The notes below the pieces were generated by a model. That model was not told the origin of the DNA. It made no database searches and saw nothing but the letters and a program-made list of their open reading frames with translations. A program made the position numbers and the translations under genes. From the NCBI GenBank assembly GCA_942493355.1, contig OW818696.1, forward strand, positions 2,196,350 through 2,260,349: a stretch of 64,000 nt of DNA, in the 5' to 3' direction. Below are positions 35,105 to 46,107 of this stretch, piece after piece (the stretch's first letter is position 1; each line of letters begins with the position of its first letter). Source of the stretch: an uncultured Desulfovibrionaceae bacterium. GTDB lineage: Bacteria > Desulfobacterota > Desulfovibrionia > Desulfovibrionales > Desulfovibrionaceae.

Positions 35105-35353
35105 CTAGTGGCAGGAGGAGCAGTTGCCGCCGGAGCAGCCGGAGCAGCCGCCGCCGGAGGGTGCGGAAGGAGCCGGGGAGGCCGTGGCGTCGTGTTCGTT
35201 GGCGCCGCCGCCCACCTTGGCCCGGCAGCAGCTCATGAGCTTCTCGGTCTTGGTGGAGCCGCAGGAGGGGCACACGGCCTCTTCCTCCTGGCCGAAGACA
35301 AGCTCCTCGAACTGGTTCTTGCACCGTTTGCACACGTATTCGAAAATGGGCAT
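35105..35353 (-). CDS. FmdB-family zinc-ribbon protein
   Basis: [19 protein letters not shown]...CPSCGS and a Gly/Cys/Ser tail. ATG 35353. Confidence 0.8.
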   Translation of the reverse strand: MPIFEYVCKRCKNQFEELVFGQEEEAVCPSCGSTKTEKLMSCCRAKVGGGANEHDATASPAPSAPSGGGCSGCSGGNCSSCH

Positions 35354-35501
35354 TGCGGGTCTCCTCGCAGCGTCGGTTGCGGCCGGGACGGGTGTCCGGA
35401 AGGTGGTCCGGAAGCATGGTCCGGGACGGCGCTGTGTGTAGCGCAAATCGCGCCCACTGGCAACGCCGCCCCGGCACCGGGCCGTGCTATTCGGATGTGG
35501 T

Positions 35502-38102
<2,601 letters not shown>

Positions 38103-38446
38103 ATAGGTACCGTCCTGCGCCGGGCCGACATGACGGCGGTGGCCGGTGGCCGGGCGCTTTTGCCTGCGCATGCGGCAGGGTTTCGTGGGGGACTTCTTTC
38201 GTTTCAAACAGTGGCTCCTTGCCCGACAGTATTCCCGGCGCGGCGAACTCGTGTCGCTGCATCGGGCCAGGGGGATGGGCTCAAGGTGAGTATGGTAAGG
38301 CTGGATTGCCAGCTGGCAAGGGCCAGGGGAGCGAAAAGAGGGGGCAAAAGGCCGAAAAGGGGCGGAAAAGAAGCGATTTTACGGCCTGTTTGCGCCGGGG
38401 GACAAAGTGGAGCATGCCGGTACGCGAAGCGGGGCGCGGAGAAGGT

Positions 38447-38731
38447 CTAGCGGCGTACTGCGAAGCCCTGGAACACCTCGGGCTCGTCCTGGCGCAGGGT
38501 GGCCTCCACGGTCGCCACCAGGGCGGAGGGCGGGCCCTCGTGCAGGGCCAGGCGGAAGCTCTCCAGCGCCGCCGCTTTCCCCTGCGCCACGCCGCGCACA
38601 CTGCCGTCCGGCTCGTTGCGCACCCAGCCCACCAGCCCCAGGCTGCGCGCCGTCATCTGCGTCCAGCCGCGAAACCAGACGCCCTGGACGCGGCCTGTTA
38701 CGTGGAAGTGGAGGGTGGGATAGTTTAACAT
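38447..38731 (-). CDS. acyP: acylphosphatase
   Basis: HFHVTGRVQGVWFRGW...GWVRNEPDGSV. Start taken at MLNYPTL (ATG 38729-38731). The track's longer N-terminus runs into the low-GC island. Confidence 0.88.
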   Translation of the reverse strand: MLNYPTLHFHVTGRVQGVWFRGWTQMTARSLGLVGWVRNEPDGSVRGVAQGKAAALESFRLALHEGPPSALVATVEATLRQDEPEVFQGFAVRR

Positions 38732-38732
38732 A

Positions 38733-40499
38733 TTAAAGTTTAGAGAACTCATCGAGGTTCATTAAAATGGTCTTTATCTCAGTTGGAACTGTTTCAGGGG
38801 TAAAGCATGAGAGTATGTCATTTTCGGTTAACGAGATAGAGTAAGTCGACTGGAGATGGTCATTCAATTTGCTTAGAACTAGTTTGCCTGGGACAAGGTT
38901 GAGGCGAGTTGAAAAATCATCCCAAACAGCTGAAAAGTCACGCAGGATCGTTGCGATAATTGTTGAATCGTCGATGGACTTGTTGCTCGACTTCATGGCG
39001 GTTTGACGCCTTGATATAAATTGACCTTGTATTGTTTCTTTGAGTTCTTCTGTTACTTCATTAAGTGCTGAAAAAGATGATCCTGTGTATGTTGATTTTG
39101 AACTTGTTCTGTGGCTTCGCTCCTCAAGTTTGTTGTGAACAGCAATGTCAAGAACATCTGGTACAAGTAAAAAGTTTTCTAGCTCTTTTCTTGTGTGGAT
39201 GTGAACTAGCTTGCATGTTTTTGATAAGGCTTGTCCCTCCAATTCAACTTCCTGATCTGTGCGGTAGTCGCGATCAAATATGGCTGTAGCGAGAACTTTT
39301 GCTGAGAGAGCTTTTTCAGTCCCATCGATAAAATACTTTATCTTTAGTGGGTTAAATCCTTGTGTTGGGACGACAGCAAAGCTTGACCTTAGTGCAACAG
39401 AGCGTAGCCCAAGTATAAATGCGAATTGTGATAGTACTCTGAAGTCTTTCCCTTCGACAAAAACAATCTTTTTCGTTTTGGCAATTTGAGTTAGTGTCGG
39501 GTTAAGGTTGGAGCCTAGCGTGTCGAAAATTTTCTTCATGTGAGTTGGGTCGCCGACGCGCTTAGCTGAACGTGCGGATTTGCTTACAATGAGAAGTTCG
39601 TTGATGCTTGCTTCTGCAATTATTTCAGGTGAGTGTGTGGCGAGTAGTATGTCAGATTTCATTGTGCGGAGAATGGAAACGAGCTGCCTTTGTATGTCAG
39701 AGTGCAAGTAAATGTCTGGTTCGTCGATTATGAATAGGGAGGAGTTTTGATTGTTTACAACAAATGTGAGCATTTGGCACCAGACTTGAAATCCAAAGCC
39801 AGCCCAAAACACTTCTCTGTCTATTCTGTCTTCAGGGCAAAACATTCTTAGGAGTGGTTTCGAGTGCGTTTCGTCAATTTCAGGTTTTTTTATATCCATA
39901 CCAGGCCACGTGCGCTGAATTAGTTCTCGGAAAGCATCAAATTTGTCAGAATAGTGATACCAGATATTTCTGAAATTGCGAGAAGCCTTGTGCGTTAATA
40001 ATGCTTCTCTTGCTGCATCCTTTTGAAACAGTACTTCTTCGTGGTCAACAGGCCCGAGAACTGGAACAAATCCGATGCTAATTTTATATTTATCTTTGAA
40101 TCCAGTCGGTGAATTTGGGACTTTTCCTTGGCCACCACATATTAAATTGCACACACCAGATTCAGGAAAGTATAATTGCAAAGTAAGATTTCCGGATGTT
40201 CTAAATGTTACAGAGGCTGGCTTGGAGTCGTCATAGTTGTGATAGATATTTTCTGCTGCTACTGGTATGTTACTTAAGTTGATTTCGTAACCCTTTGTCT
40301 TTCCATCTGGCCCAGATACAATTGTTGGTTTTTTGTTTCTGGCTTTTCTTAATGCTTCCGACAGGATCCGTATCGCTCCAAGTATTGTTGACTTCCCAGC
40401 GTTGTTTGCTCCAACAAGTATGTTGAATTTTTCAAGCGATACGGAGAAAAAACTAAACGCTTTGTAATTAGAAAAATGTATTGAAGTAATACGCTGCAT
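38733..40499 (-). CDS. fused ABC-type ATPase / Toprim (OLD-family or DUF4435-like) protein; candidate phage-defence nuclease (class-1 OLD or merged PARIS AriA-AriB-like)
   Basis: 588 aa. Walker A GANNAGKST (aa 30-38), Walker B LFIIDEPD (aa 255-262), LLATHS (aa 285-290). Toprim-type VFVEGKDF (E349), IFDRDY (D409/D411), KELENFLL (aa 438-445). GGAGGG RBS at 40507-40512. AT-rich codon usage unlike every other gene in the window. Confidence 0.85.
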   Translation of the reverse strand: MQRITSIHFSNYKAFSFFSVSLEKFNILVGANNAGKSTILGAIRILSEALRKARNKKPTIVSGPDGKTKGYEINLSNIPVAAENIYHNYDDSKPASVTFRTSGNLTLQLYFPESGVCNLICGGQGKVPNSPTGFKDKYKISIGFVPVLGPVDHEEVLFQKDAAREALLTHKASRNFRNIWYHYSDKFDAFRELIQRTWPGMDIKKPEIDETHSKPLLRMFCPEDRIDREVFWAGFGFQVWCQMLTFVVNNQNSSLFIIDEPDIYLHSDIQRQLVSILRTMKSDILLATHSPEIIAEASINELLIVSKSARSAKRVGDPTHMKKIFDTLGSNLNPTLTQIAKTKKIVFVEGKDFRVLSQFAFILGLRSVALRSSFAVVPTQGFNPLKIKYFIDGTEKALSAKVLATAIFDRDYRTDQEVELEGQALSKTCKLVHIHTRKELENFLLVPDVLDIAVHNKLEERSHRTSSKSTYTGSSFSALNEVTEELKETIQGQFISRRQTAMKSSNKSIDDSTIIATILRDFSAVWDDFSTRLNLVPGKLVLSKLNDHLQSTYSISLTENDILSCFTPETVPTEIKTILMNLDEFSKL

Positions 40500-40544
40500 T
40501 TGGATTCCCTCCGAACAATGGAAACTTGTAAGCTTGGGGAATGA

Positions 40545-40550
40545 ATCATA
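40545..40550 (-). promoter_or_regulatory. -10-like hexamer TATGAT upstream of the island gene
   Basis: Lies in AT-rich DNA ~45 nt upstream of the ATG at 40499. No well-spaced -35 was found, so the call is weak. Confidence 0.2.
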
Positions 40551-40821
40551 CTACGCAATTATGCAATTAAGCCATGTCATGTGCTTTTTGCTCTCCCATT
40601 ACCCTCAATGATATCCATAATCCGCTCTTTCTGTCCACCCCGCCAACCCCGGTGCGGCCATGCGCACCCGCTCCTTTCCTTCGCCCTGCATCTTCCAGCC
40701 AGTCCTGCTCGAACAAGATGGCTCTGGTTTTGAGAGTGGGCATGGCGGCAGATATCCGCCACCGTAAAGACGGTGCTCCCCGCCCCCCCCAGGTCGTGCT
40801 GTCGTGGTGGGGCGCGAGCTG

Positions 40822-41055
40822 ATGCGCCTGCTGGAGGTGAAGATGGACGGCCCCCGGTGGCATCATGGCTCGCGCATCGGCCAGGAAATGGCCAGGGAGC
40901 TGGGGCCGGAGGGGGGCGAGCGCCTTATCGCCGCGCGGAAGCGCGAGGGACTTGAGCTGAAGGGCAAGTCCGGCCTGGTGTTAGACCAGATGACCGGCCC
41001 GGCGCCCGGCCCGCTGCCTAGTCAGGAAGCAGGCCCGCAGGAGCTGAAGATTTAG
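40822..41055 (+). CDS. possible small protein (77 aa), unknown function
   Basis: ATG 40822. GC3-rich, host-like codons (MRLLEVKMDGPRWHHGSRIGQEMARELG...). Its stop overlaps the convergent radC stop. No RBS or family recognised. Confidence 0.25.
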   Translation: MRLLEVKMDGPRWHHGSRIGQEMARELGPEGGERLIAARKREGLELKGKSGLVLDQMTGPAPGPLPSQEAGPQELKI

Positions 41056-41879
41056 AGTAGGCCCGCCTCCTGAAAGCTGAAATGGCTGCCCTCGGTGACC
41101 ACCAGGTGGTCCAGCACGCGCAGGCCAAGCTCCTCGGCGCTGCGTTTGATGCGGCGCGTCAGGTCGTGGTCCGCCGTGGAGGGGGCCGGGTCGCCGCCGG
41201 GGTGGTTGTGCGCCAGTATGAGGCCAGAGGCCGAGTGCTTGAGCGCCAGGGCCAGCACCTCGCGCGGGTAGACGGCGGTTTGGTCCACCGTGCCGCGCCC
41301 CACGCGCTCCCAGCAAATCAGCCGGTTCTTGTTATCCACCAGCGCCACCCAGAATTCCTCCACCGGCAAGTGCCCGATGCGCGCGCGTGCGGCCTGGGCC
41401 ACCACCTCCGGCCCGCTGAACACGGTGCGCTGGCGCACGGGCTCCTCGCCCAGGCGCGCAAACACCTCCCGCAGCACGGCCCAGTGGCCCGCCATGCCCT
41501 CGCCGCAGCCCTTCACCTCGGTCAGCGCCTCCGGTGTGGCGGTTATGACCCCGCGCAGGCTGCCGAAGCGCGTCAGCAGATCCTTGGCCAGCGGCTTGGT
41601 GTCGCGCCGGGGCAGCACCTGCCCAAGCAACAACTCCAGCAGCTCGTAGTCGGCCAGCACGGCGGGCGCGGCGGAGAGTTTCTCGCGCAGGCGCTGGCGG
41701 TGTCCCAGGTAGTGGGGAGCGGGCTCTGCGACTTTGGGCGTGGGCGTGGCTGTTTTGGAGCTGGCAGTGGTGGCTGTGGAACTGGTGATGGCTGTGGGAA
41801 CGGAGACGAGGACAGCCTGGGCTGCCGGAGGGGCCGTTGCGGCCTTGCGCGCGGGCTTCCTGGGGGGATGGTCCGGCAT
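41052..41879 (-). CDS. radC: RadC-family JAB/MPN domain protein with an ~55-aa Pro/Ala/Thr-rich N-terminal extension
   Basis: HhH region (LADYELLELLL...PLAKDLLTRFGSL) and JAMM motif ILAHNHPGGDPAPSTADHDLT. The ATG shares one nt with the holA TGA (TGATG). Confidence 0.88.
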   Translation of the reverse strand: MPDHPPRKPARKAATAPPAAQAVLVSVPTAITSSTATTASSKTATPTPKVAEPAPHYLGHRQRLREKLSAAPAVLADYELLELLLGQVLPRRDTKPLAKDLLTRFGSLRGVITATPEALTEVKGCGEGMAGHWAVLREVFARLGEEPVRQRTVFSGPEVVAQAARARIGHLPVEEFWVALVDNKNRLICWERVGRGTVDQTAVYPREVLALALKHSASGLILAHNHPGGDPAPSTADHDLTRRIKRSAEELGLRVLDHLVVTEGSHFSFQEAGLL

Positions 41880-42961
41880 CAGGGGCGCCCCTGGGGTTTC
41901 TGCTGCCCTGCCTGTGCGCCGGGCTGGCCGGGTCCTTGGCCAACTCCCGTCTGCGGAAGTCCGCCCTGCATAAGCGCGGAAAGCTCGGCCACGTAGGCCT
42001 CCAGGGCGTCGTCCGGCCTGCGTGTGCCGCCGATGACGGCCAGGTTGGTGTCGAGGGTCAGCTCGATGATGCGGGCGATGCCGGCCCGGCCCAGGCGCTG
42101 GGCCATGCGCGTCATTTCCGGCTTATCGCTGGGGCGCATGCGCACCTTGGCGCCCTCGCCCTCGTTCAGCATCCACAGCTGGCGGGCCTGCCAGGCCACG
42201 TAGCCCAGGAGCTGGAACAGGATCTTGTCGCCGCTGGGGCGCAGGTGGTCGTCCAGCACGCGGGCCCAGGCCCCGCGCATGGCGGCGGGGTTCTTGGCCG
42301 CCGGGGTGGCCAGGGCCTTCATGAAGTCGAAAAATTCCATGTCGCCGTGGGGGGCCACCAGCTGGGCCAGCTCCGGGGTGATGAGCTTGCCGTCGCCAGC
42401 CGCCAGCTCAATCTTGTCCAGCTCCGTCCCGGCGGCGAAGGCGTCTCGCGGGAGGGCGTCGATGAGGGCGCGCTTGGCCGCGGGGTCCAGTGTCAGGCCC
42501 TTTTCCGCCGCCCAGGTGTCGATGTGCCGGGGCAGGGAGGCATCGGTGAGGCCCGGCGAGCTCCAGACCCATTTGTTTTTCTCCGCCGTTTGCCACAGGG
42601 CGCGCTTGGGCAGGAAGTGCGGCACCGCCGGGGTGCCGGGGTCCTTCCACTTGCCCTCCAGGCAGAACACCGGCAGCACCGTGCTGGCCGTGTTCTTGAT
42701 GCCCTCGCCGATGCGGTCCCAGGTCTCGGCCTTCATGGCGTCGGCCCGGCGCAGCAGCAGCACGGTGGGGGTGGAAAACAGGCTCTGGGTGGTCAGCTCC
42801 GCCCAGAAGGCGGGGGGGAAGGGCTCGTCGTCGCCCCAGAAGACTTTCTTGGCCGCGCCCTGGCCCAGCGCTGTGCCCAGCTCCGCCGCCTGCCTGCGCA
42901 GGAGTTCCGCATCCGGGCAGATGAGGAAGCGGTAACCCGGCCTGGCCGTTGGTCGGAGCAT
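41879..42961 (-). CDS. holA: DNA polymerase III delta subunit
   Basis: 360 aa. N-terminal YRFLICPDAELL pattern. Conserved leuS-lptE-holA synteny. Confidence 0.75.
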   Translation of the reverse strand: MLRPTARPGYRFLICPDAELLRRQAAELGTALGQGAAKKVFWGDDEPFPPAFWAELTTQSLFSTPTVLLLRRADAMKAETWDRIGEGIKNTASTVLPVFCLEGKWKDPGTPAVPHFLPKRALWQTAEKNKWVWSSPGLTDASLPRHIDTWAAEKGLTLDPAAKRALIDALPRDAFAAGTELDKIELAAGDGKLITPELAQLVAPHGDMEFFDFMKALATPAAKNPAAMRGAWARVLDDHLRPSGDKILFQLLGYVAWQARQLWMLNEGEGAKVRMRPSDKPEMTRMAQRLGRAGIARIIELTLDTNLAVIGGTRRPDDALEAYVAELSALMQGGLPQTGVGQGPGQPGAQAGQQKPQGRP

Positions 42962-42971
42962 GGCGGGCCTC

Positions 42972-43496
42972 CTAGTAGCCCTGGGTCAGCAGGTCGGCTA
43001 TGCGGCGTATGGCCATGTCGGTCACGCGCTGGTCCGCGCCGTCGGAATCGCCGGGGAAGAAGGTTTCGCCCTGGCTCTGCTCGCCGGAGTCCCAGAGCAG
43101 CATGTTGTCCGAGGCCCTGTGCACGCGCACGGAAAAGGTGATGACCGTGCTGAGCTTGAGGGACTGGTCGGCCTGGCCGGACACCTGCGTGGAGCGGGTA
43201 TATTGCTTGATGTGCACCACGAGCAGGGAGGTGGCCTTGGCGCGGTCCACCCACGTGACCAGGCGGCGGCGGGTGAACTCGTCGCGGATGAGGCCGCGCA
43301 GGCGCGGCTCCAGCCAGGGCTCAACCGTGGGGTTCTCGATGCGCGCTATGGCCATCTGCTGGAAGGCCGGGTCCAGGCGGGTGTCGGCCTCTGTTTGGGC
43401 CACGGTGCCGCCGGTGAAGCCATAGCCGCAGCCGGACAAGACGAAGGCCAGGCTCAGCGCCAGGGCTAGGCCAAGGGCCCGTACAGGTCGCGTCAT
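42972..43496 (-). CDS. lptE: LPS-assembly lipoprotein LptE
   Basis: Lipobox LSGCGY. 174 aa. Lies between leuS and holA. Confidence 0.75.
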   Translation of the reverse strand: MTRPVRALGLALALSLAFVLSGCGYGFTGGTVAQTEADTRLDPAFQQMAIARIENPTVEPWLEPRLRGLIRDEFTRRRLVTWVDRAKATSLLVVHIKQYTRSTQVSGQADQSLKLSTVITFSVRVHRASDNMLLWDSGEQSQGETFFPGDSDGADQRVTDMAIRRIADLLTQGY

Positions 43497-43545
43497 GAGT
43501 CCCTCCTCGCGCTATCGCCGTTCCACAGGGCTTGGGGGGCTGGGG

Positions 43546-46053
43546 TCAGCCCGCCACCACGTTCACCAGTTTGCCCGGCACCACGATGAGCTTTTTGATG
43601 CTCTTGCCTTCCAGGTGGCGCACCACGTTCTCGTGGGTCATGGCCACCTGGCGCACGGCCTCCTGGTCCAGCGCGGCGGAGACGGTGAGCCTGCCGCGCA
43701 CCTTGCCGTTCACCTGCACCACCAGCTCTATCTCGTCCTGCTCCAGGGCTGCTTCGTCGTAGCCGGGCCAGGGCAGGGTGGCCAGCTGGCCGCCGTGGCC
43801 CATCAGCCCCCAGAGTTCCTCGCACATGTGCGGGGCAACGGGGGAAAGCAGCGTGAGCACCGTGGAAAGCGCCGAGGACAGCACCAGAGGGCCTTCGGGC
43901 GCGCCCAGCAGGGCGTCCTTCTGGGCGTACATCTCGTTCACCAGCTCCATGAGCGCGGCGATGGCGGTGTTGAACTGGAACTTGTTCTCCATGGCGCGGG
44001 TGACCTTGCGCACGGTGTCGTGCTCGCGGCGGCGCAGGTCCTTGGCCGCCGGGGAAAGCTCGCCCAGCTCGGCCACGGGGGCGCAGGGGGCGATGGCCCG
44101 CATGGCGCCGGAGTCGGCCAGTTCCTCGGCCAGGCGCCACACGCGGTTCAGGAACCGGTACGCGCCCTCTATGCCCGCGTCGCTCCACTCCAGGTCCTTC
44201 TCCGGCGGGGAGGCGAAAAGGATGAACAGGCGCGTGGCGTCGGCCCCATATTTGCCGATCATGGAGTTGGGGTCCACCACGTTGCCCTTGCTCTTTGACA
44301 TCTTGGCGCCGTCTTTGAGCACCATGCCCTGGGTGAGCAGGTTCTGGAAGGGCTCGGCCAGCTCGGTGTAGCCGCAGTCGCGCAGGGCTTTGACGAAATA
44401 GCGGGAATACAGCAGGTGCAGGATGGCGTGCTCGATGCCGCCGATGTACTGGTCCACGGGCATCCAGTACTTGAGGGCCTCGGGGTCGAAGGCCGCGTCC
44501 GTCTTGCGGGCGCTGGTGTAGCGCATGAAGTACCAGCTGGACTCCATGAAGGTGTCCATGGTGTCGCACTCGCGCTTGGCCGCGCCGCCGCAGGTGGGGC
44601 AGGTGGTGTTCACAAAGGAATCCAGCATGGGCAGGGGCGAACGGCCGTCGTCGCGCACCTGGGCGTCCTCGGGCAGGCGCACGGGCAGCTGGTCGTCCGG
44701 CACGGGCACAATGCCGCATGTGTCGCAGTACACCACCGGAATGGGCGCGCCCCAGAAGCGCTGGCGGGAAATGTTCCAATCGCGCAGGCGGTAGTTCACC
44801 GTGGCCTTGGCTAGGTCGTTCTTGGCCAGGTGCTCCACCATGGTGAGCTTGGCCGCGGTGTTCTCCAACCCGTCGAAGGGGCCGGAGTTCACCAGCACGC
44901 CGGGGTCGGCGTAGGCCTCGGTCATGGTGGAGATGTCGAGGGCCTTGTCCTTGGGCTGAATGACCACCTGCATGGGCAGGGCGTACTTTTTGGCGAACTC
45001 GAAGTCGCGCTGGTCGTGGGCGGGCACGGCCATCACCGCGCCGGTGCCGTAGCCCATGAGCACGAAGTTGGCCACGTGGATGGGCATCTCGCGCCCGGTG
45101 AGCGGGTTGACGCAGTATGCGCCGGTGAACACGCCTTCCTTCTCAAGGTCCTCGGCCCCGCGCTTGATGCGGTCCATGTTGGCCACCTCGCGGCAGAAGG
45201 CGCGCACCTCGTCCGCCTTCTCGTACCCGGCGATGAGCTTCTCCACCATGGGATGCTCGGCGGCCAGGCTCATGAAGGTGGCGCCGCAGAGGGTGTCGGG
45301 CCGGGTGGTGAAGACCTCGATGGTCTCGTCCAGGCCTTTGACCTGGAACGTCACCTGCGCGCCCACGCTCTTGCCTATCCAGTTCTGCTGCATGGTGATG
45401 ACGCGGTCGGGCCAGCTGCCCTCAAGCAGCTTCAGGTCGTCGATGAGCTCCTCGGCGTAGGCGGTGATTTTGAAGAACCACTGCTCCAGCTGCTTCTGCT
45501 CCACCTCGGCGTCGCAGCGCCAGCACTTGCCTTCTTCCACCTGCTCGTTGGCCAGCACGGTTTGGCAGCCCTCGCACCAGTTCACAGGCGAGTTTTTGCG
45601 GTACACTAGGCCTTTTTCAAGAAATTTGAGGAAAAAGCGCTGCTCCCACTGGTAGTAGCCAGGGTGGCAGGTGGCCAGTTCGCGCCGCCAGTCGTAGGAA
45701 TAGCCCAGGCGGCGCAGCTGGGTGCGCATGTCCGCGATGTTGGCGTAGGTCCAGGCGGCGGGGTGGGTCTTGTTCTTGATGGCGGCGTTTTCCGCGGGCA
45801 GGCCAAAGGCGTCCCAGCCCATGGGGTGCAGCACGTTGAAACCGCGCATGCGCTTGTAGCGGGCCACCACGTCGCCGATGGAGTAGTTGCGCACGTGCCC
45901 CATGTGGATCTTGCCCGAGGGGTAGGGGAACATCTCCAGCACGTAGTACTTGGGACGCGAGCCGTCGGCCTCCACCTCAAAACAGCCGGACTGCTTCCAG
46001 GCGCCCTGCCACTTCTCCTCAACCTGCTGCGGATCGTATTTGCCAAAACCCAT
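43546..46053 (-). CDS. leuS: leucyl-tRNA synthetase
   Basis: [14 protein letters not shown] (HIGH), KMSKSKGN (KMSKS), editing domain. 835 aa. Confidence 0.97.
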   Translation of the reverse strand: MGFGKYDPQQVEEKWQGAWKQSGCFEVEADGSRPKYYVLEMFPYPSGKIHMGHVRNYSIGDVVARYKRMRGFNVLHPMGWDAFGLPAENAAIKNKTHPAAWTYANIADMRTQLRRLGYSYDWRRELATCHPGYYQWEQRFFLKFLEKGLVYRKNSPVNWCEGCQTVLANEQVEEGKCWRCDAEVEQKQLEQWFFKITAYAEELIDDLKLLEGSWPDRVITMQQNWIGKSVGAQVTFQVKGLDETIEVFTTRPDTLCGATFMSLAAEHPMVEKLIAGYEKADEVRAFCREVANMDRIKRGAEDLEKEGVFTGAYCVNPLTGREMPIHVANFVLMGYGTGAVMAVPAHDQRDFEFAKKYALPMQVVIQPKDKALDISTMTEAYADPGVLVNSGPFDGLENTAAKLTMVEHLAKNDLAKATVNYRLRDWNISRQRFWGAPIPVVYCDTCGIVPVPDDQLPVRLPEDAQVRDDGRSPLPMLDSFVNTTCPTCGGAAKRECDTMDTFMESSWYFMRYTSARKTDAAFDPEALKYWMPVDQYIGGIEHAILHLLYSRYFVKALRDCGYTELAEPFQNLLTQGMVLKDGAKMSKSKGNVVDPNSMIGKYGADATRLFILFASPPEKDLEWSDAGIEGAYRFLNRVWRLAEELADSGAMRAIAPCAPVAELGELSPAAKDLRRREHDTVRKVTRAMENKFQFNTAIAALMELVNEMYAQKDALLGAPEGPLVLSSALSTVLTLLSPVAPHMCEELWGLMGHGGQLATLPWPGYDEAALEQDEIELVVQVNGKVRGRLTVSAALDQEAVRQVAMTHENVVRHLEGKSIKKLIVVPGKLVNVVAG

Positions 46054-46067
46054 GCGCTGCTCCCCCG

Positions 46068-46091
46068 AAAAAAGGCGGCTGGTTGGCCGCC
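46068..46091 (-). terminator. terminator-like hairpin between nusB and leuS
   Basis: On the minus strand, GGCGGC-CAACCA-GCCGCC followed by TTTTTT (46068-46073). It ends only 14 nt before the leuS ATG. Confidence 0.5.
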
Positions 46092-46107
46092 CCCCGTCCT
46101 TGTCGTT

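Larger units (their letters stand above)
38733..40570. other. low-GC horizontally acquired island (one gene plus its upstream region; no mobility gene)
   Basis: Hand counts: 20/60 GC at 39001-39060 and 23/60 at 39721-39780 inside the island, versus 46/60 at 38581-38640 in the flanking acyP. Composition returns to high GC by about 40620. Confidence 0.7.

Noticed and set aside
38732-38752. Longer acyP start (MSSLNFN...)
   Set aside because: These codons overlap the 3' end of the low-GC island gene. The acylphosphatase fold starts right after MLNYPTLHFHV, so ATG 38731 was taken. This remains uncertain.
38600-41055. Integrase, transposase, tRNA or direct repeats marking the island borders
   Set aside because: I looked at both junctions and the flanking 500 bp. 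There is no recombinase-like ORF, no tRNA-like sequence (no T-loop GGTTCGAA-type motif) and no shared 8-mer or longer that I could spot by eye. Absence by eye is weak evidence.
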